From a virus: DNA of 46,038 nt. Where the stretch lies: IMG/VR virus record IMGVR_UViG_3300000944_000005, positions 1 to 46,038 of that record; one strand, 5' to 3'. The position numbers and the translations under genes are program-made. Position 1 is the stretch's first letter; each line of letters begins with the position of its first letter. Under the pieces are notes generated by a model. That model was not told the DNA's origin, ran no database searches, and was given only the letters and a program-made list of their open reading frames with translations. Below are positions 18,088 to 27,566 of this stretch, piece after piece.

Positions 18088-18562
18088 CTAAGTTAATGCT
18101 CCGGAATTCACGTGCACGTGATGTACTACGTAAGGCAGGTAGATCGTTTCGTACGGTAGTCGGATTAACTGGTCGACGTTGATTAAACGTATCCACGAAA
18201 CCTCTGGTTACTGCAGCTATCGCAGACGGCCATTGCTCAAGATAAATATAAAATTTACCTTGGGTTATGATCTTATCCGTAATAGAGGCCAAGTGATGTA
18301 GTCGGTCGAGTGGAATTTCTGCTGTGCGTTTATCCAACTCTTCTAACATACCGAAAAACACCAAGCATCCGTAGTATGATTTAGGTACCGCGCTTTTAGC
18401 CATCCAAATCATGTTTACGGTGTTGTACAGATGATTTGTATCCATATCAGAAATAAACAACACCCGACCGTCGCGAGTCCTCCATGTCGATCGTGTAAGA
18501 TCGTTACTGTTAATTCTCGTCATCGTCGATCGTGTAGGATCGTTACTGTTACTTCTCGTCAT
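18077..18562 (-). CDS. hypothetical phage protein
   Basis: WRTRDGRVLFISDMDTNHLYN segment; C-terminal REFRSINLDED; start uncertain because of a duplication. Confidence 0.65.
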   Translation of the reverse strand: MTRSNSNDPTRSTMTRINSNDLTRSTWRTRDGRVLFISDMDTNHLYNTVNMIWMAKSAVPKSYYGCLVFFGMLEELDKRTAEIPLDRLHHLASITDKIITQGKFYIYLEQWPSAIAAVTRGFVDTFNQRRPVNPTTVRNDLPALRSTSRAREFRSINLDED

Positions 18563-18563
18563 C
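18486..18563. repeat. 39-nt tandem duplication spanning a gene junction
   Basis: gtcgatcgtgta(a/g)gatcgttactgtta(a/c)ttctcgtcatc x2, 2 mismatches. Confidence 0.9.
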
Positions 18564-19397
18564 ATCATCACCTAAGTTAATTACCCGCTCTTCCCGACGG
18601 CGTGGCGTAAAGTCACCAGCAGTTACACTGGTACTTACGTCAGCAAAGCTGTCATTGAAGTTACGATTTAACACAGTATGAATTATCTCTGGGTCAAACT
18701 CGGTTGGTGCCGGGACGTTCGCCTGTAAGTTACCGTTGTTGAACGTGGCACCATCTGTACTACCTAGCTGGTTGATACCAGGAGGAATCAATGCCACTAC
18801 ACCAAAAGGACAAACCCTTGTAAAGATATGTTCTAATTCGTCCGTCGTCGGGAACATTGATAATGTTGAACCAGTCAATCGCCCAATACCGGTAACCTGA
18901 GTTTGTGTTAGTTCCTGGCGATCGAACGATCTAGGTTGGTACTTAGTTACAAACATTCGGAATACTCCGATGTCGTTAGTCCGTGGGTGATCTGCGGTTC
19001 CTTGAGCATCAGCAGTAATACGTTCGTAACGGCTTTGCCCCATATTAGCGAAACGTCGGACAACGGATTTAGCTTTACTAAAGTTCTCTGCTACGAATTG
19101 GAAAGCCCGGCACCCTTGCGACACTAACGAAACTGAGTAATTAAAATCACCATCAAGTGTTTCGTTAATCACAAGACTGAATATTGGATCAATCTCCGCA
19201 ACCCACACACGGTTGTCGTGATGCTTGAATCGAGAAGTACACCCTTCCGCGTTAGGTAGCGTGCGTAACATCGCGACATCCCCACGCGCAGGTCGTGATC
19301 GAAAACTAAACTCTGTATTTGAAAGTCGCGATCCGGGTTGTCTGTCTGGGATAGTAGACCACGCACTCATTGGGTCATGTCTAGTACGCCAGGTCAT
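18549..19397 (-). CDS. hypothetical protein
   Basis: 282 aa ORF; C-terminal REERVINLGDDDDEK. Confidence 0.7.
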   Translation of the reverse strand: MTWRTRHDPMSAWSTIPDRQPGSRLSNTEFSFRSRPARGDVAMLRTLPNAEGCTSRFKHHDNRVWVAEIDPIFSLVINETLDGDFNYSVSLVSQGCRAFQFVAENFSKAKSVVRRFANMGQSRYERITADAQGTADHPRTNDIGVFRMFVTKYQPRSFDRQELTQTQVTGIGRLTGSTLSMFPTTDELEHIFTRVCPFGVVALIPPGINQLGSTDGATFNNGNLQANVPAPTEFDPEIIHTVLNRNFNDSFADVSTSVTAGDFTPRRREERVINLGDDDDEK

Positions 19398-20110
19398 TGC
19401 AGGGCCTCCGAATAATTTTGTACTCCCATGGCACAGATGAACATCGAGTCTGCGATGTTATCTACCCCAGTGGATTCGTAAGTATCAGGGTCGAAGTTTG
19501 TCCCGAATTTCGCGTTACACGATTCGATCATAACAGCCTTACCGGAGTTACCTTTACCGGTAGCGTACTTTTTAATAACACCAATTGGTACGGCTTCGGT
19601 GGGTATGTCCCGCATCTCCGCCCAATGTGTCAGTACAGCACAAAGACTGTGTACCACTTGAGCCCCTCTAACTGCACGAGCTACGATAGCTGTAAGTGAA
19701 GCACCAGGTGCGGGATTGGTGCCTGTAAACTTGACTTCTTCGTATAGGATCAAGTCGGGGTTAAGTACTTCAAGAAACGCTTGAAGCCTTAGTGTCCGCA
19801 TCGACTGTGTGTCGTAGTTAGAAAGCGATAGATCCCATTGACCACCGATGATCTTACCATCCGTAACCGGTTGACCTGGTATGATATCACAAAAGGATAC
19901 ACCAGCACTACTTGCCAGATCCAAACCTACGATGCGTTTGTAAGGTAACGCGATCCGTGGTAGTTCGCGTTCATAGACCCGCGGGTCTTTCCGCATAGCG
20001 AACTTACCAACAGGTAATTTATCCTTGGGGTCTTTGGAGGATTTGCCCGCTGCCTTGCGTGATCCCTGTTTGGTTTTGGTGGGTGTCTGTGAGTTCTTTT
20101 CTTTGGCCAT
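19394..20110 (-). CDS. RuvC-like Holliday junction resolvase
   Basis: IVGLDLAS, ILYEE, IKKYATGKGNSGKAVM, DNIADS; start at MAKEKN. Confidence 0.85.
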   Translation of the reverse strand: MAKEKNSQTPTKTKQGSRKAAGKSSKDPKDKLPVGKFAMRKDPRVYERELPRIALPYKRIVGLDLASSAGVSFCDIIPGQPVTDGKIIGGQWDLSLSNYDTQSMRTLRLQAFLEVLNPDLILYEEVKFTGTNPAPGASLTAIVARAVRGAQVVHSLCAVLTHWAEMRDIPTEAVPIGVIKKYATGKGNSGKAVMIESCNAKFGTNFDPDTYESTGVDNIADSMFICAMGVQNYSEALQ

Positions 20111-20855
20111 TGATAATCTCGACAAGTTCGTGGAATGTGTTCATCAAATGATAAATTAACACACAATCAAAACCGGCCGTGTGCATTAACCGCATGTCTA
20201 TATCGTAACGCTCAGCCAACCGATACTTAGGTACACAATGACGTTCCATGTTGTACTTAACACCCTTACTATTGGCATTGGATACACGTCGCAACCATTC
20301 GTCTAAACTTTCATTCTCCCAGGGTGGTTTATTCATCTGAGCAGCTTTCTCAAGCAACCCAGTATCAAAGATTGAGTTCAGTCGCCATGGTAATGTGTAG
20401 TTCTCCAGAAACCGCTGCGTGTGACTATCGATCATTTTACGATCAAATCGCCAGAACCCGTGTCCGATTATCAGACTGTCCGGGTGCTGGATATGTTCGT
20501 AAATAAGTTGAGCATACGCATGTAATACTTGAAGTGGGTGTTCCCCTTCTTCTTTTAGTCTCTCCCAAGGGTAGTAATGGGGCCGACCATCACGGGCGTA
20601 GTGAGTAGCTTGACGTAACAGTTGCTGTTGAATGAACTCGTGATCTACCGTGGGTAGTTTCGACCAATCAATCAACAGATTCTGTTGATGTACGATCTCA
20701 TTATTCTTTACGACACACCAACCCGCGTCGATAATGAAATCCTTGGTAGGGGAAAACCCAGTCGTCTCCGTATCCAGTACAAGATAATTGGTGGGGAAAT
20801 CAAATTGCTTACCGAGGATCGTTAGTACCTCGGCTTCGTCCCGGAAGTCAATCAA
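20019..20855 (-). CDS. DEDDh 3'-5' exonuclease (DnaQ-like)
   Basis: VLDTETTG, GHGFWRFD, FDTG, HTAGFDC; TTG start at 20855 after AGGAG, overlapping the upstream stop. Confidence 0.88.
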   Translation of the reverse strand: MIDFRDEAEVLTILGKQFDFPTNYLVLDTETTGFSPTKDFIIDAGWCVVKNNEIVHQQNLLIDWSKLPTVDHEFIQQQLLRQATHYARDGRPHYYPWERLKEEGEHPLQVLHAYAQLIYEHIQHPDSLIIGHGFWRFDRKMIDSHTQRFLENYTLPWRLNSIFDTGLLEKAAQMNKPPWENESLDEWLRRVSNANSKGVKYNMERHCVPKYRLAERYDIDMRLMHTAGFDCVLIYHLMNTFHELVEIINGQRKELTDTHQNQTGITQGSGQILQRPQG

Positions 20856-21637
20856 AACTTTCTCCTGATAACGATATCCCAAGTTAACCCGACACACTGC
20901 CATAGTCGTGAGTACCACGCAGCCTGTTTGAGAAGGTGTATACGTCGTAGTGTAGGTTGCCAATCTGAGATCACTTTTTTGTGACACTCGATCTGTGATT
21001 CGTCAGAGTGTGCTTTATACTTCGCATCTTCCAACTCAGTTTGCGTGGCTGCTAACTCACGGGTTTTATGTTCCACAAGTTCTTGGGTCTGTTTAAGGAT
21101 ACGACCTAACTCTTCAGCGTCAGCTAACGCTTGCTCCGTCGTTATGTCCATTTCATGGTAATGATGCCCAGACAACTCCCTGGCCATTTCACGACCTGCT
21201 GCAATCATCGCAGTGAAGTCGTCATGACCAGGTGTGTGCTGTCCTTGGAGGGTGATGTCACGAATGGCTACAAAAAAGCCACCCATGACTACCTCACCGA
21301 GTCGAGAAAACAACGCAATACGTACAGCCGGTTTCAATCGGTCAATCCCCGCAGCTTTAAAAGCCGTGTGCGGGTTATCAATTTTACGATCGCGGATAAA
21401 GCTCTGGTGTGCGGCAACAAATACCGTCACAGCTTCACCGAGGTCATCCTCTACCACACCGTACCGCTCAAAGAGTTCACGTAAGTGCGGCGCCCAGTGT
21501 TGCTGATCCAAGCCTTGGAAGACTTCACGTAACATCGGTGTGTAGATGTTTGCAAGATCCCGTTGTGGGGAATAAGGCATTGCGCCTGGTTCACCCTTCG
21601 GGCGGACCTGATTGATACTACGTGTTTTCTCGGGCAT
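20852..21637 (-). CDS. hypothetical coiled-coil protein
   Basis: Start reassigned to MPEKTR; heptad-like C-terminal half. Confidence 0.65.
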   Translation of the reverse strand: MPEKTRSINQVRPKGEPGAMPYSPQRDLANIYTPMLREVFQGLDQQHWAPHLRELFERYGVVEDDLGEAVTVFVAAHQSFIRDRKIDNPHTAFKAAGIDRLKPAVRIALFSRLGEVVMGGFFVAIRDITLQGQHTPGHDDFTAMIAAGREMARELSGHHYHEMDITTEQALADAEELGRILKQTQELVEHKTRELAATQTELEDAKYKAHSDESQIECHKKVISDWQPTLRRIHLLKQAAWYSRLWQCVGLTWDIVIRRKF

Positions 21638-21638
21638 G

Positions 21639-22160
21639 TTACTTTCCTGTGGAACCGAAACCGCCTTCACCCCGCAAAGTATCTGGTAACTCCGTGACGA
21701 TCGGGAACGTGGCTTCAGTACGAAGTTGATAAATTCCTTGTACAATCTTATCGCCCGGTTTAATCCCGACAACACGATTTGAGTGATTGAATAGTTTAAC
21801 TAACCATTCACCGCGGTAGTCTTCATCGATCACACCAGCGAACCGGTGAACTCCCTTACCACCCATACCACTCCGGTCCCAAAAGAAACAACCATAGTCT
21901 GGTTGAATGGCTTGGGCGAACCCAGTACGAAAAAGGAAACCTGTACCTGGGTCTATAGTTCGGTACCCAAGGCGGGCCATTGTTTCCCATTCAGGTACGT
22001 AAGTGTGTTCGAACTTCTCACGGAGTTTGTCAGACAACCCTTCAGTACCGGCTACGCATCGGATGTCGTAACCGAGGGCTTTATCAGTTCCCCGCGTCGG
22101 GGCTTTCGCTTCCGGGTGGAGTAACTGTATCGGGCATGTTATTTGAACCACTTGACTCAT
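21639..22160 (-). CDS. dut: trimeric dUTPase
   Basis: GYDI, DRSG, GVIDEDYRGE, GDKIVQ, RGEGGFGSTG; start MSQVVQ after AGAGGA. Confidence 0.93.
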   Translation of the reverse strand: MSQVVQITCPIQLLHPEAKAPTRGTDKALGYDIRCVAGTEGLSDKLREKFEHTYVPEWETMARLGYRTIDPGTGFLFRTGFAQAIQPDYGCFFWDRSGMGGKGVHRFAGVIDEDYRGEWLVKLFNHSNRVVGIKPGDKIVQGIYQLRTEATFPIVTELPDTLRGEGGFGSTGK

Positions 22161-22707
22161 CGAAATCCTCTGGTAATGCTGGAGCCAACAGGATGAGTCT
22201 TTCATCCGGTGCGGCTGTGTCATATTGTGCCAGAGCTGCTTCCCAGCGCTCTAAATCGTCGGGTGACTGAGCTGTTTTGTTCACCTCAGTGATGTACAAA
22301 CCAGTCTCAATATAAGCCCAAACAATGCGTCGGTCGACACCGGCATTGAACAATGCCAGTGCTGTTGTGTTTTTATCTGCTGGTGCAGATGTAGAAGCTG
22401 CGGCCGCGAGTACCGCTTGATCCATTGGTCGCTGTTTTGGTAATTTTGCGGGGTCACGTGGTTTCGCGTGCCCATGGTCGGTGAAGCGGCAACACTTCTT
22501 GTACTTTTTACCAGAACCACAACTACAAAGATCGTTCGGTTTCTGTTTCTTCTGTCCCGGTACGACGGGTGCCGGGACACCAGCACCAGGACGGGGTTGT
22601 TGCGTCATTCGTGTACGCATCGCAGTTCTTACTGCTAACTGCTGCGGGGTAAGTTGTTTACCGTTGTGGGAAAGGAATTTGGTAATTCCATCATTGCTTG
22701 ACGCCAT
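22084..22707 (-). CDS. SEC-C motif protein
   Basis: PNDLCSCGSGKKYKKCC. Confidence 0.8.
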   Translation of the reverse strand: MASSNDGITKFLSHNGKQLTPQQLAVRTAMRTRMTQQPRPGAGVPAPVVPGQKKQKPNDLCSCGSGKKYKKCCRFTDHGHAKPRDPAKLPKQRPMDQAVLAAAASTSAPADKNTTALALFNAGVDRRIVWAYIETGLYITEVNKTAQSPDDLERWEAALAQYDTAAPDERLILLAPALPEDFDESSGSNNMPDTVTPPGSESPDAGN

Positions 22708-22796
22708 TAAAACTGCCTACTGAGTGACATTTACATAAATTGTCTGGTGCACATTGTGCCAGAATTCTGACAGTGTTCAAGACAGGTTAATCAAAA

Positions 22797-23372
22797 TTAA
22801 GTATCCGTTGGTCGATCAACGTTTATTACACGAGAATCCTTACCTAACGCACGCGATGGTGTAGTAGTGACAGCAAGTTCTTCATCCAATTTTTGTAGTG
22901 TAATTAGATAACCTTTCAGTTCATCCACCGTGAGCGGTTTAGACTCAACTTGATCCGATCCATGCTTCTGGTAACAACGGAACGTTACACTGTTATTACT
23001 AAACAAGACTGAATCAAGTTCAGTTTCTGTATTGCTTACACCTTCTGCGTCAATAAACGAAGGGAACTGACACCAGTCATTTAAACATGCCTCTTTGAGG
23101 TTCTCTAAGTTGACAAGTTCGGTATCAGATAAACTTGGGTGGTTTACTTGTTCCCACGTCTCGTAAAAGTGTTGGTACCACCTTGGTTGCCAGTCCCAAT
23201 AACACATACCGCAGAAATTACTATCTTCTGCTTGTAGTGATTTAGCCAACGCAATTTTGTGTAACCAACTGAAGATCAGTTTGGTTGTAACTTCCAGAGT
23301 TACGAATTGAACCTCCGCTCCATACTCATCTGCTGAAGAAGTACAGACCAAAATAATTGAAGCCTCAGCCAT
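22797..23372 (-). CDS. hypothetical protein
   Basis: 191 aa ORF; AAGGT RBS; C-terminal KDSRVINVD. Confidence 0.7.
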   Translation of the reverse strand: MAEASIILVCTSSADEYGAEVQFVTLEVTTKLIFSWLHKIALAKSLQAEDSNFCGMCYWDWQPRWYQHFYETWEQVNHPSLSDTELVNLENLKEACLNDWCQFPSFIDAEGVSNTETELDSVLFSNNSVTFRCYQKHGSDQVESKPLTVDELKGYLITLQKLDEELAVTTTPSRALGKDSRVINVDRPTDT

Positions 23373-23386
23373 ATTTACCTTTCTTC

Positions 23387-23423
23387 AAACAAAACGGGCC
23401 GCTGCATTACACAACGACCCGTT
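23387..23423 (-). terminator. intrinsic terminator after thyX
   Basis: AACGGGUCGUUG/CAGCGGCCCGUU stem (G-U pairs work only on the minus strand) followed by UUGUUU. Confidence 0.7.
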
Positions 23424-23441
23424 AAATCATTCGTAGTCTGA

Positions 23442-24899
23442 TCAGACTTTGACGTACTCTGGTCGCCAGAACCCGTCGTCGTCTTTGTAGAAATCACCAA
23501 ACAATAAAGGTTCTTTCTCCGCCATGGTTTTCACCACACGGCTGAACACGTGAATCATTTCTTCTTCAGCGTGTGCGGACGCTCGCATTGCAAAGACGTG
23601 ACGTAGTGCTCGGATGTTACCCGACCATACACCACCAGTAGCTACACCTAAGCCGACGATGCGTCGCATCATGGATGTGACTTGCTTCTTACCAGCGAAC
23701 TTAGAATCGGGCGAAAGTTCGTCGGCCCAGATGGCTTCGAGAATACGGTATTGTTTCTCTTGACCGTTAAACGCGTTCTCAAAAACCATTCGTGACAAGT
23801 TGCGTTTTAACTCTAGGATTTCTTTGGTTGTGGTTAAACCAAGTTTATCCGCAATCGCCTTAATGTTCGAAATACGTTTTTCTTTAGTTGGTTCAGCGTA
23901 AGAGTTGTCTGGATCTACATACAGCTTATAGGTGATCCAGTCTTTGCGATCTTCACCTGCTTTACCCATTTCTGGGGGGATAACATCCTCACCACTGATC
24001 GAGTCCGGTACCCAGTACGGGATGTTCTCCCCAAATCGGATAAATCGCAGCGATCCTTCACTGATCGCCCAACCCGCGCGGTGACGGTTCATCTCGGCCG
24101 TGAAGACACGAGACACACCTTCGATCGCGAAGTTGTACACGGAGTGTTCCAGGACGGAACCGTGACCGCTTTTAAGGATGTTGTCAAAGTAAGCGACGTA
24201 ATCCTGTCTGATCCGTGTGATATTCGGATTCAGTGATTTAGTAAATGACTGGTAACATCTTTTACCAGCAAGAGCGATCAGTAACGCGGGGTTAGTGACT
24301 GCTTCATCAGGTGGTAACACAAACTCTTCAGCGCCGATGTGTTTCATCCAGCGGGCAACTTCGTCTTTGTTGACGACCGTTTGACCGATCATAAAAACTT
24401 CAATTGGTACTTGTGTGGGCATGTTCTGCTTTCTGCTTTTAATTTCTTGGAGTAGTTCATTTGCACGTTGCAAATAAGTAAGTGAGTCTACGGAGTTTAA
24501 CCGCACACTCTCAGAGTAATTAGACGTGTTAGTGATTAACCGGAGCTCATCACCGTCTAAGGACATATCCGCTTTAGCATGTTGCGGCGAAAATGTGAAC
24601 TTTAGTTGATCTTCGTTGTTATCTGGTGGTTTGGTTTTTAATCTAGTTTTACTTTTGTGTGTAACAAAAACTGGTTTCAAATCCTTAACGAGTTTATCGA
24701 CAGCCGCAACAAGTCGATTGTCATTCTCGTACCTTTTCGTTTTACGATTTGGTACCCGTATTTTATATTTACTTGGCCAGATGTCAGCAATAAGTTTATC
24801 ACCAACCCCGCGGATCTGAAAATGATATTCAGATCGTTGTATAACTCGCCATGGTGTGTTGTTTAGATGCCGTCTAATGACGTTAATTACCTGAAACAT
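23442..24899 (-). CDS. thyX: flavin-dependent thymidylate synthase with ~159 aa N-terminal extension (alternative start 24422)
   Basis: AGKRCY, GHGSVLEH, GVSRVFTAEMNRHR...SEGSLRF, NIRALRH, AEEEM. Confidence 0.9.
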   Translation of the reverse strand: MFQVINVIRRHLNNTPWRVIQRSEYHFQIRGVGDKLIADIWPSKYKIRVPNRKTKRYENDNRLVAAVDKLVKDLKPVFVTHKSKTRLKTKPPDNNEDQLKFTFSPQHAKADMSLDGDELRLITNTSNYSESVRLNSVDSLTYLQRANELLQEIKSRKQNMPTQVPIEVFMIGQTVVNKDEVARWMKHIGAEEFVLPPDEAVTNPALLIALAGKRCYQSFTKSLNPNITRIRQDYVAYFDNILKSGHGSVLEHSVYNFAIEGVSRVFTAEMNRHRAGWAISEGSLRFIRFGENIPYWVPDSISGEDVIPPEMGKAGEDRKDWITYKLYVDPDNSYAEPTKEKRISNIKAIADKLGLTTTKEILELKRNLSRMVFENAFNGQEKQYRILEAIWADELSPDSKFAGKKQVTSMMRRIVGLGVATGGVWSGNIRALRHVFAMRASAHAEEEMIHVFSRVVKTMAEKEPLLFGDFYKDDDGFWRPEYVKV

Positions 24900-24902
24900 T
24901 TA

Positions 24903-25214
24903 CTACTCTCGTAATGTGATGACGCGAGTATCTGCGGCTGGTGATTCTGGAGAGTTAGACATTCTACAGTTAACACCTTTCTCAATGAAGTCGAAGAGGT
25001 TTTCGTCGAACTCGTCTACGGCGTCCGCGTACCCTCCGATTCCGTATTCCTCAACTGAAGGATTAGCCACAGTTAACAATTCGTGATGTACTCCGTTATC
25101 GCAGATTAAATCGTTTAGGGTATCAGCGTCGTAAGGCAGTACTGTTGCCAACAACTGAACAGTTTTAAGTACTGCATTATATTGAGCGACAGCGTGATCT
25201 AATTTTGTATTCAA
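24903..25214 (-). CDS. hypothetical protein
   Basis: 103 aa ORF; C-terminal ADTRVITLRE. Confidence 0.6.
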   Translation of the reverse strand: MNTKLDHAVAQYNAVLKTVQLLATVLPYDADTLNDLICDNGVHHELLTVANPSVEEYGIGGYADAVDEFDENLFDFIEKGVNCRMSNSPESPAADTRVITLRE

Positions 25215-25217
25215 ATT

Positions 25218-25463
25218 TTACACCCCAGTTGGTAATTGGAGTTTTGTTACGTTACCAGGATCCGTAGCACCACATACGGGACAACACTTAGGTGTAATCG
25301 AATTGGTTTCTGGAAACCCTGGTCCTCGACCCATCAACGGGTTCATGTAAATATCTGTAAAAGCTACTACAGTGGTAGTTCGGCAACTTGCACAACCAAT
25401 CTGCCAACAATGTTGCATCGCATCATCCACAACATCGAATTGATCATCAATGTTATTACTCAT
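25218..25463 (-). CDS. small zinc-finger protein
   Basis: CASC...CCPVC; start MSNNID in an ATGA overlap. Confidence 0.6.
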   Translation of the reverse strand: MSNNIDDQFDVVDDAMQHCWQIGCASCRTTTVVAFTDIYMNPLMGRGPGFPETNSITPKCCPVCGATDPGNVTKLQLPTGV

Positions 25464-25837
25464 TCTTTCATCTGCTGTACCAAACGTTTTTTCGCCGCAC
25501 AAATTTCATCAAATTGTGTGATCGACTCACAGTAAACCCAGGGTTGCTCTTCCCGAAACAGGTCCCACTTTTGTTGACCCATACCCGCAATAACAGATTC
25601 AGGGTTAATACCAAATCCGCGTGTAGCTTCAATAGAAGCTTGATTCAATTCTGCGTGCATTTTCTCAACACAATTGATTGCTACTTGTTCTTCCTTAAAT
25701 ACAAGTACCCGACGTACTGGAATAGTAGCGTCAGAAAAAGGTATCCCGCCTGTACCGTCAAGTTTCATATTCATTATAAAATAACGAACATTTTTAACCT
25801 TGCTACCAAGGTGTTTTCTTCTCCGTTTTCTTTTCAT
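25460..25837 (-). CDS. hypothetical protein
   Basis: 125 aa ORF with basic N-terminus. Confidence 0.6.
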   Translation of the reverse strand: MKRKRRRKHLGSKVKNVRYFIMNMKLDGTGGIPFSDATIPVRRVLVFKEEQVAINCVEKMHAELNQASIEATRGFGINPESVIAGMGQQKWDLFREEQPWVYCESITQFDEICAAKKRLVQQMKE

Positions 25838-25844
25838 ATCAGTT

Positions 25845-26699
25845 CTATTTATCTTTCAATTGCATACGATCGCGTCGCATACATTGGACGCAGTGGGGTA
25901 GTGTATCTTCAGGGTCAAACACTGTGTCGCTGGTTTGACAGTTCGCGCAGTGTCCGAGTGTGTAAGTGCGTAGATGGGTACCACCCGCACACTGGTCATA
26001 ACCGACAGCACACTGAGTGCAGTCGTGGTGGTAATTAAATGGGCACTCTTTACCAACACGCAGACGTAACTTCAGGACATTATCACGATTCCATTTGACC
26101 ATAGAACCTGGGCAGTCGATCTGCCAGAACTTTGGTCGACCTTTGGACTTCGCTACCTCTACGAAACCCACGAAGCGTAGATTGGTTAGATTCCTCGCAC
26201 CTTTGAACGGGTACTTCCCGTGACTGCTGGAGAAACCCAACTTACGTCCAATCATCCCGACCGCTTTTACGCTCCAAAAATGATCCACCTGCATAGTCGC
26301 GGATGATCCGGCGAGGGAGCGGCACGTGATGTGGTAACCTACTCGGTTGTAATGGTTACGACCTCGATTGACTCGTAGGATTTGAAACGGCGTCCATTCG
26401 TCTGCAAATTGAGCCACCCACGGCCTTACTGAGTTACCAGCCTTCAGTGCCGGAATGTTACCAGCTAGCCGCCAAGCAAGGCGTACGGCCGTTTGTTGTG
26501 TAAGAGTCTGACCCGCAAGGTATCTAATAGATTCGAATACCGGATCGAATTGGATCCTCCCCGGTAACCCTTGTTGTAGCCTTCTCGCTAGTTCGTCCAA
26601 GTTAACTGGACGACCCACGTACGGCGTAAGAACTTGCGTGACTAGCTTGTCCCGCTGTTGCTCAATCCGTGTGAGGTTGAACGTGGGTAACTTTAACAT
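25845..26699 (-). CDS. basic protein with cysteine-rich C-terminal domain
   Basis: CPFNYHHDCTQC...C...H...CANC...CVQC. Confidence 0.7.
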   Translation of the reverse strand: MLKLPTFNLTRIEQQRDKLVTQVLTPYVGRPVNLDELARRLQQGLPGRIQFDPVFESIRYLAGQTLTQQTAVRLAWRLAGNIPALKAGNSVRPWVAQFADEWTPFQILRVNRGRNHYNRVGYHITCRSLAGSSATMQVDHFWSVKAVGMIGRKLGFSSSHGKYPFKGARNLTNLRFVGFVEVAKSKGRPKFWQIDCPGSMVKWNRDNVLKLRLRVGKECPFNYHHDCTQCAVGYDQCAGGTHLRTYTLGHCANCQTSDTVFDPEDTLPHCVQCMRRDRMQLKDK

Positions 26700-26700
26700 G

Positions 26701-26835
26701 TTATCGAGTACTTATTCCTGGGGGACCTTTCTGGCCCGCGACCTTACCTGCTGGTTTAGGTTTAGGTTTCTTCTTGGTAGGCTTTTTAGTTGCCTTCTTT
26801 TTGGTTGCCTTCTTTTTTGTTTTCTTTTTTGCCAT
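26701..26835 (-). CDS. 44 aa lysine-rich histone H1-like peptide (not in ORF track)
   Basis: MAKKKTKKKATKKKATKKPTKKKPKPKPAGKVAGQKGPPGISTR*; its stop abuts the next start. Confidence 0.65.
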   Translation of the reverse strand: MAKKKTKKKATKKKATKKPTKKKPKPKPAGKVAGQKGPPGISTR

Positions 26836-26956
26836 GGTTAACCTGCTCTTCTAACCGGAACTCATAGCACCCGCACACACAAGCTTTAAGACCTGTACGT
26901 GGTTTATTACAGCGGTTGCAATAGAGTGGTTTTAGTTTAGTTTGTTTCTTATCCAT
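26786..26956 (-). CDS. small zinc-finger protein
   Basis: CNRC...CVCGC. Confidence 0.5.
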   Translation of the reverse strand: MDKKQTKLKPLYCNRCNKPRTGLKACVCGCYEFRLEEQVNHGKKENKKEGNQKEGN

Positions 26957-26974
26957 ACGGTAAATAGGAACCAA

Positions 26975-27556
26975 TTATACGACTGGCGTCGTCACGATCG
27001 GTTTAGGGTTTTGGTACTGCTTCGGAGGTACAACGGGTCGCGTCGGTTGCGTCCGTACTGGTACGACTGAGGCGGTGGGTGGAGGTAGTTCCTGCTGAGC
27101 AGGAATAGTCTGTGCGGGTACTGCTTGCCCAGACGTTAGTGGTGGTGCTGGTGTAAGGTGATTCACCTGTTCCATTAATTGAGCAGGTGGTTGTTGTTGT
27201 GCGGTGGGAGGGGGTGGAATAAACGGGTTATCTGGTTCTTTAGCTGCCGCCATAGCTTTATCACAAGTGGACTTGGCGTTACTGGCTGTTGTATGTACTT
27301 CATTCCATAATTGGGTTAACTGCTCCGCCAAAAAGTTAGCCGACGCTACCAAGTGTTCACTCAACTGTTCGGTAGGTGGGAGAGGTACAGGTACTTCAAC
27401 ATCACCGAACTGTATGTTCATACCAACACCGTTGAGGTTGACGTCACCAGTATCTAATTGTTCTAACGCAGCCTGAGCAATTCGATACGATCTGTCTACT
27501 TCGTCAATACGATTTAACAGTGCTGATATTTTTTGTTTGCAGTCTTGGAGACTCAT
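26975..27556 (-). CDS. coiled-coil protein with P/Q-rich tail (prefoldin-like layout)
   Basis: helix / beta-hairpin / helix pattern, then low complexity; start MSLQDC after AGGA. Confidence 0.6.
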   Translation of the reverse strand: MSLQDCKQKISALLNRIDEVDRSYRIAQAALEQLDTGDVNLNGVGMNIQFGDVEVPVPLPPTEQLSEHLVASANFLAEQLTQLWNEVHTTASNAKSTCDKAMAAAKEPDNPFIPPPPTAQQQPPAQLMEQVNHLTPAPPLTSGQAVPAQTIPAQQELPPPTASVVPVRTQPTRPVVPPKQYQNPKPIVTTPVV

Positions 27557-27566
27557 GATTGTGTTC

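Noticed and set aside
20019-22160. Long 70-90 nt gene overlaps (exonuclease/resolvase, SEC-C/dUTPase) as further frameshifts
   Set aside because: Both partners in each pair have complete domains and plausible starts; the overlaps involve only disordered ends.
25388-26038. 216 aa plus-strand ORF
   Set aside because: Antisense to three coupled minus-strand genes, with no recognisable motifs.
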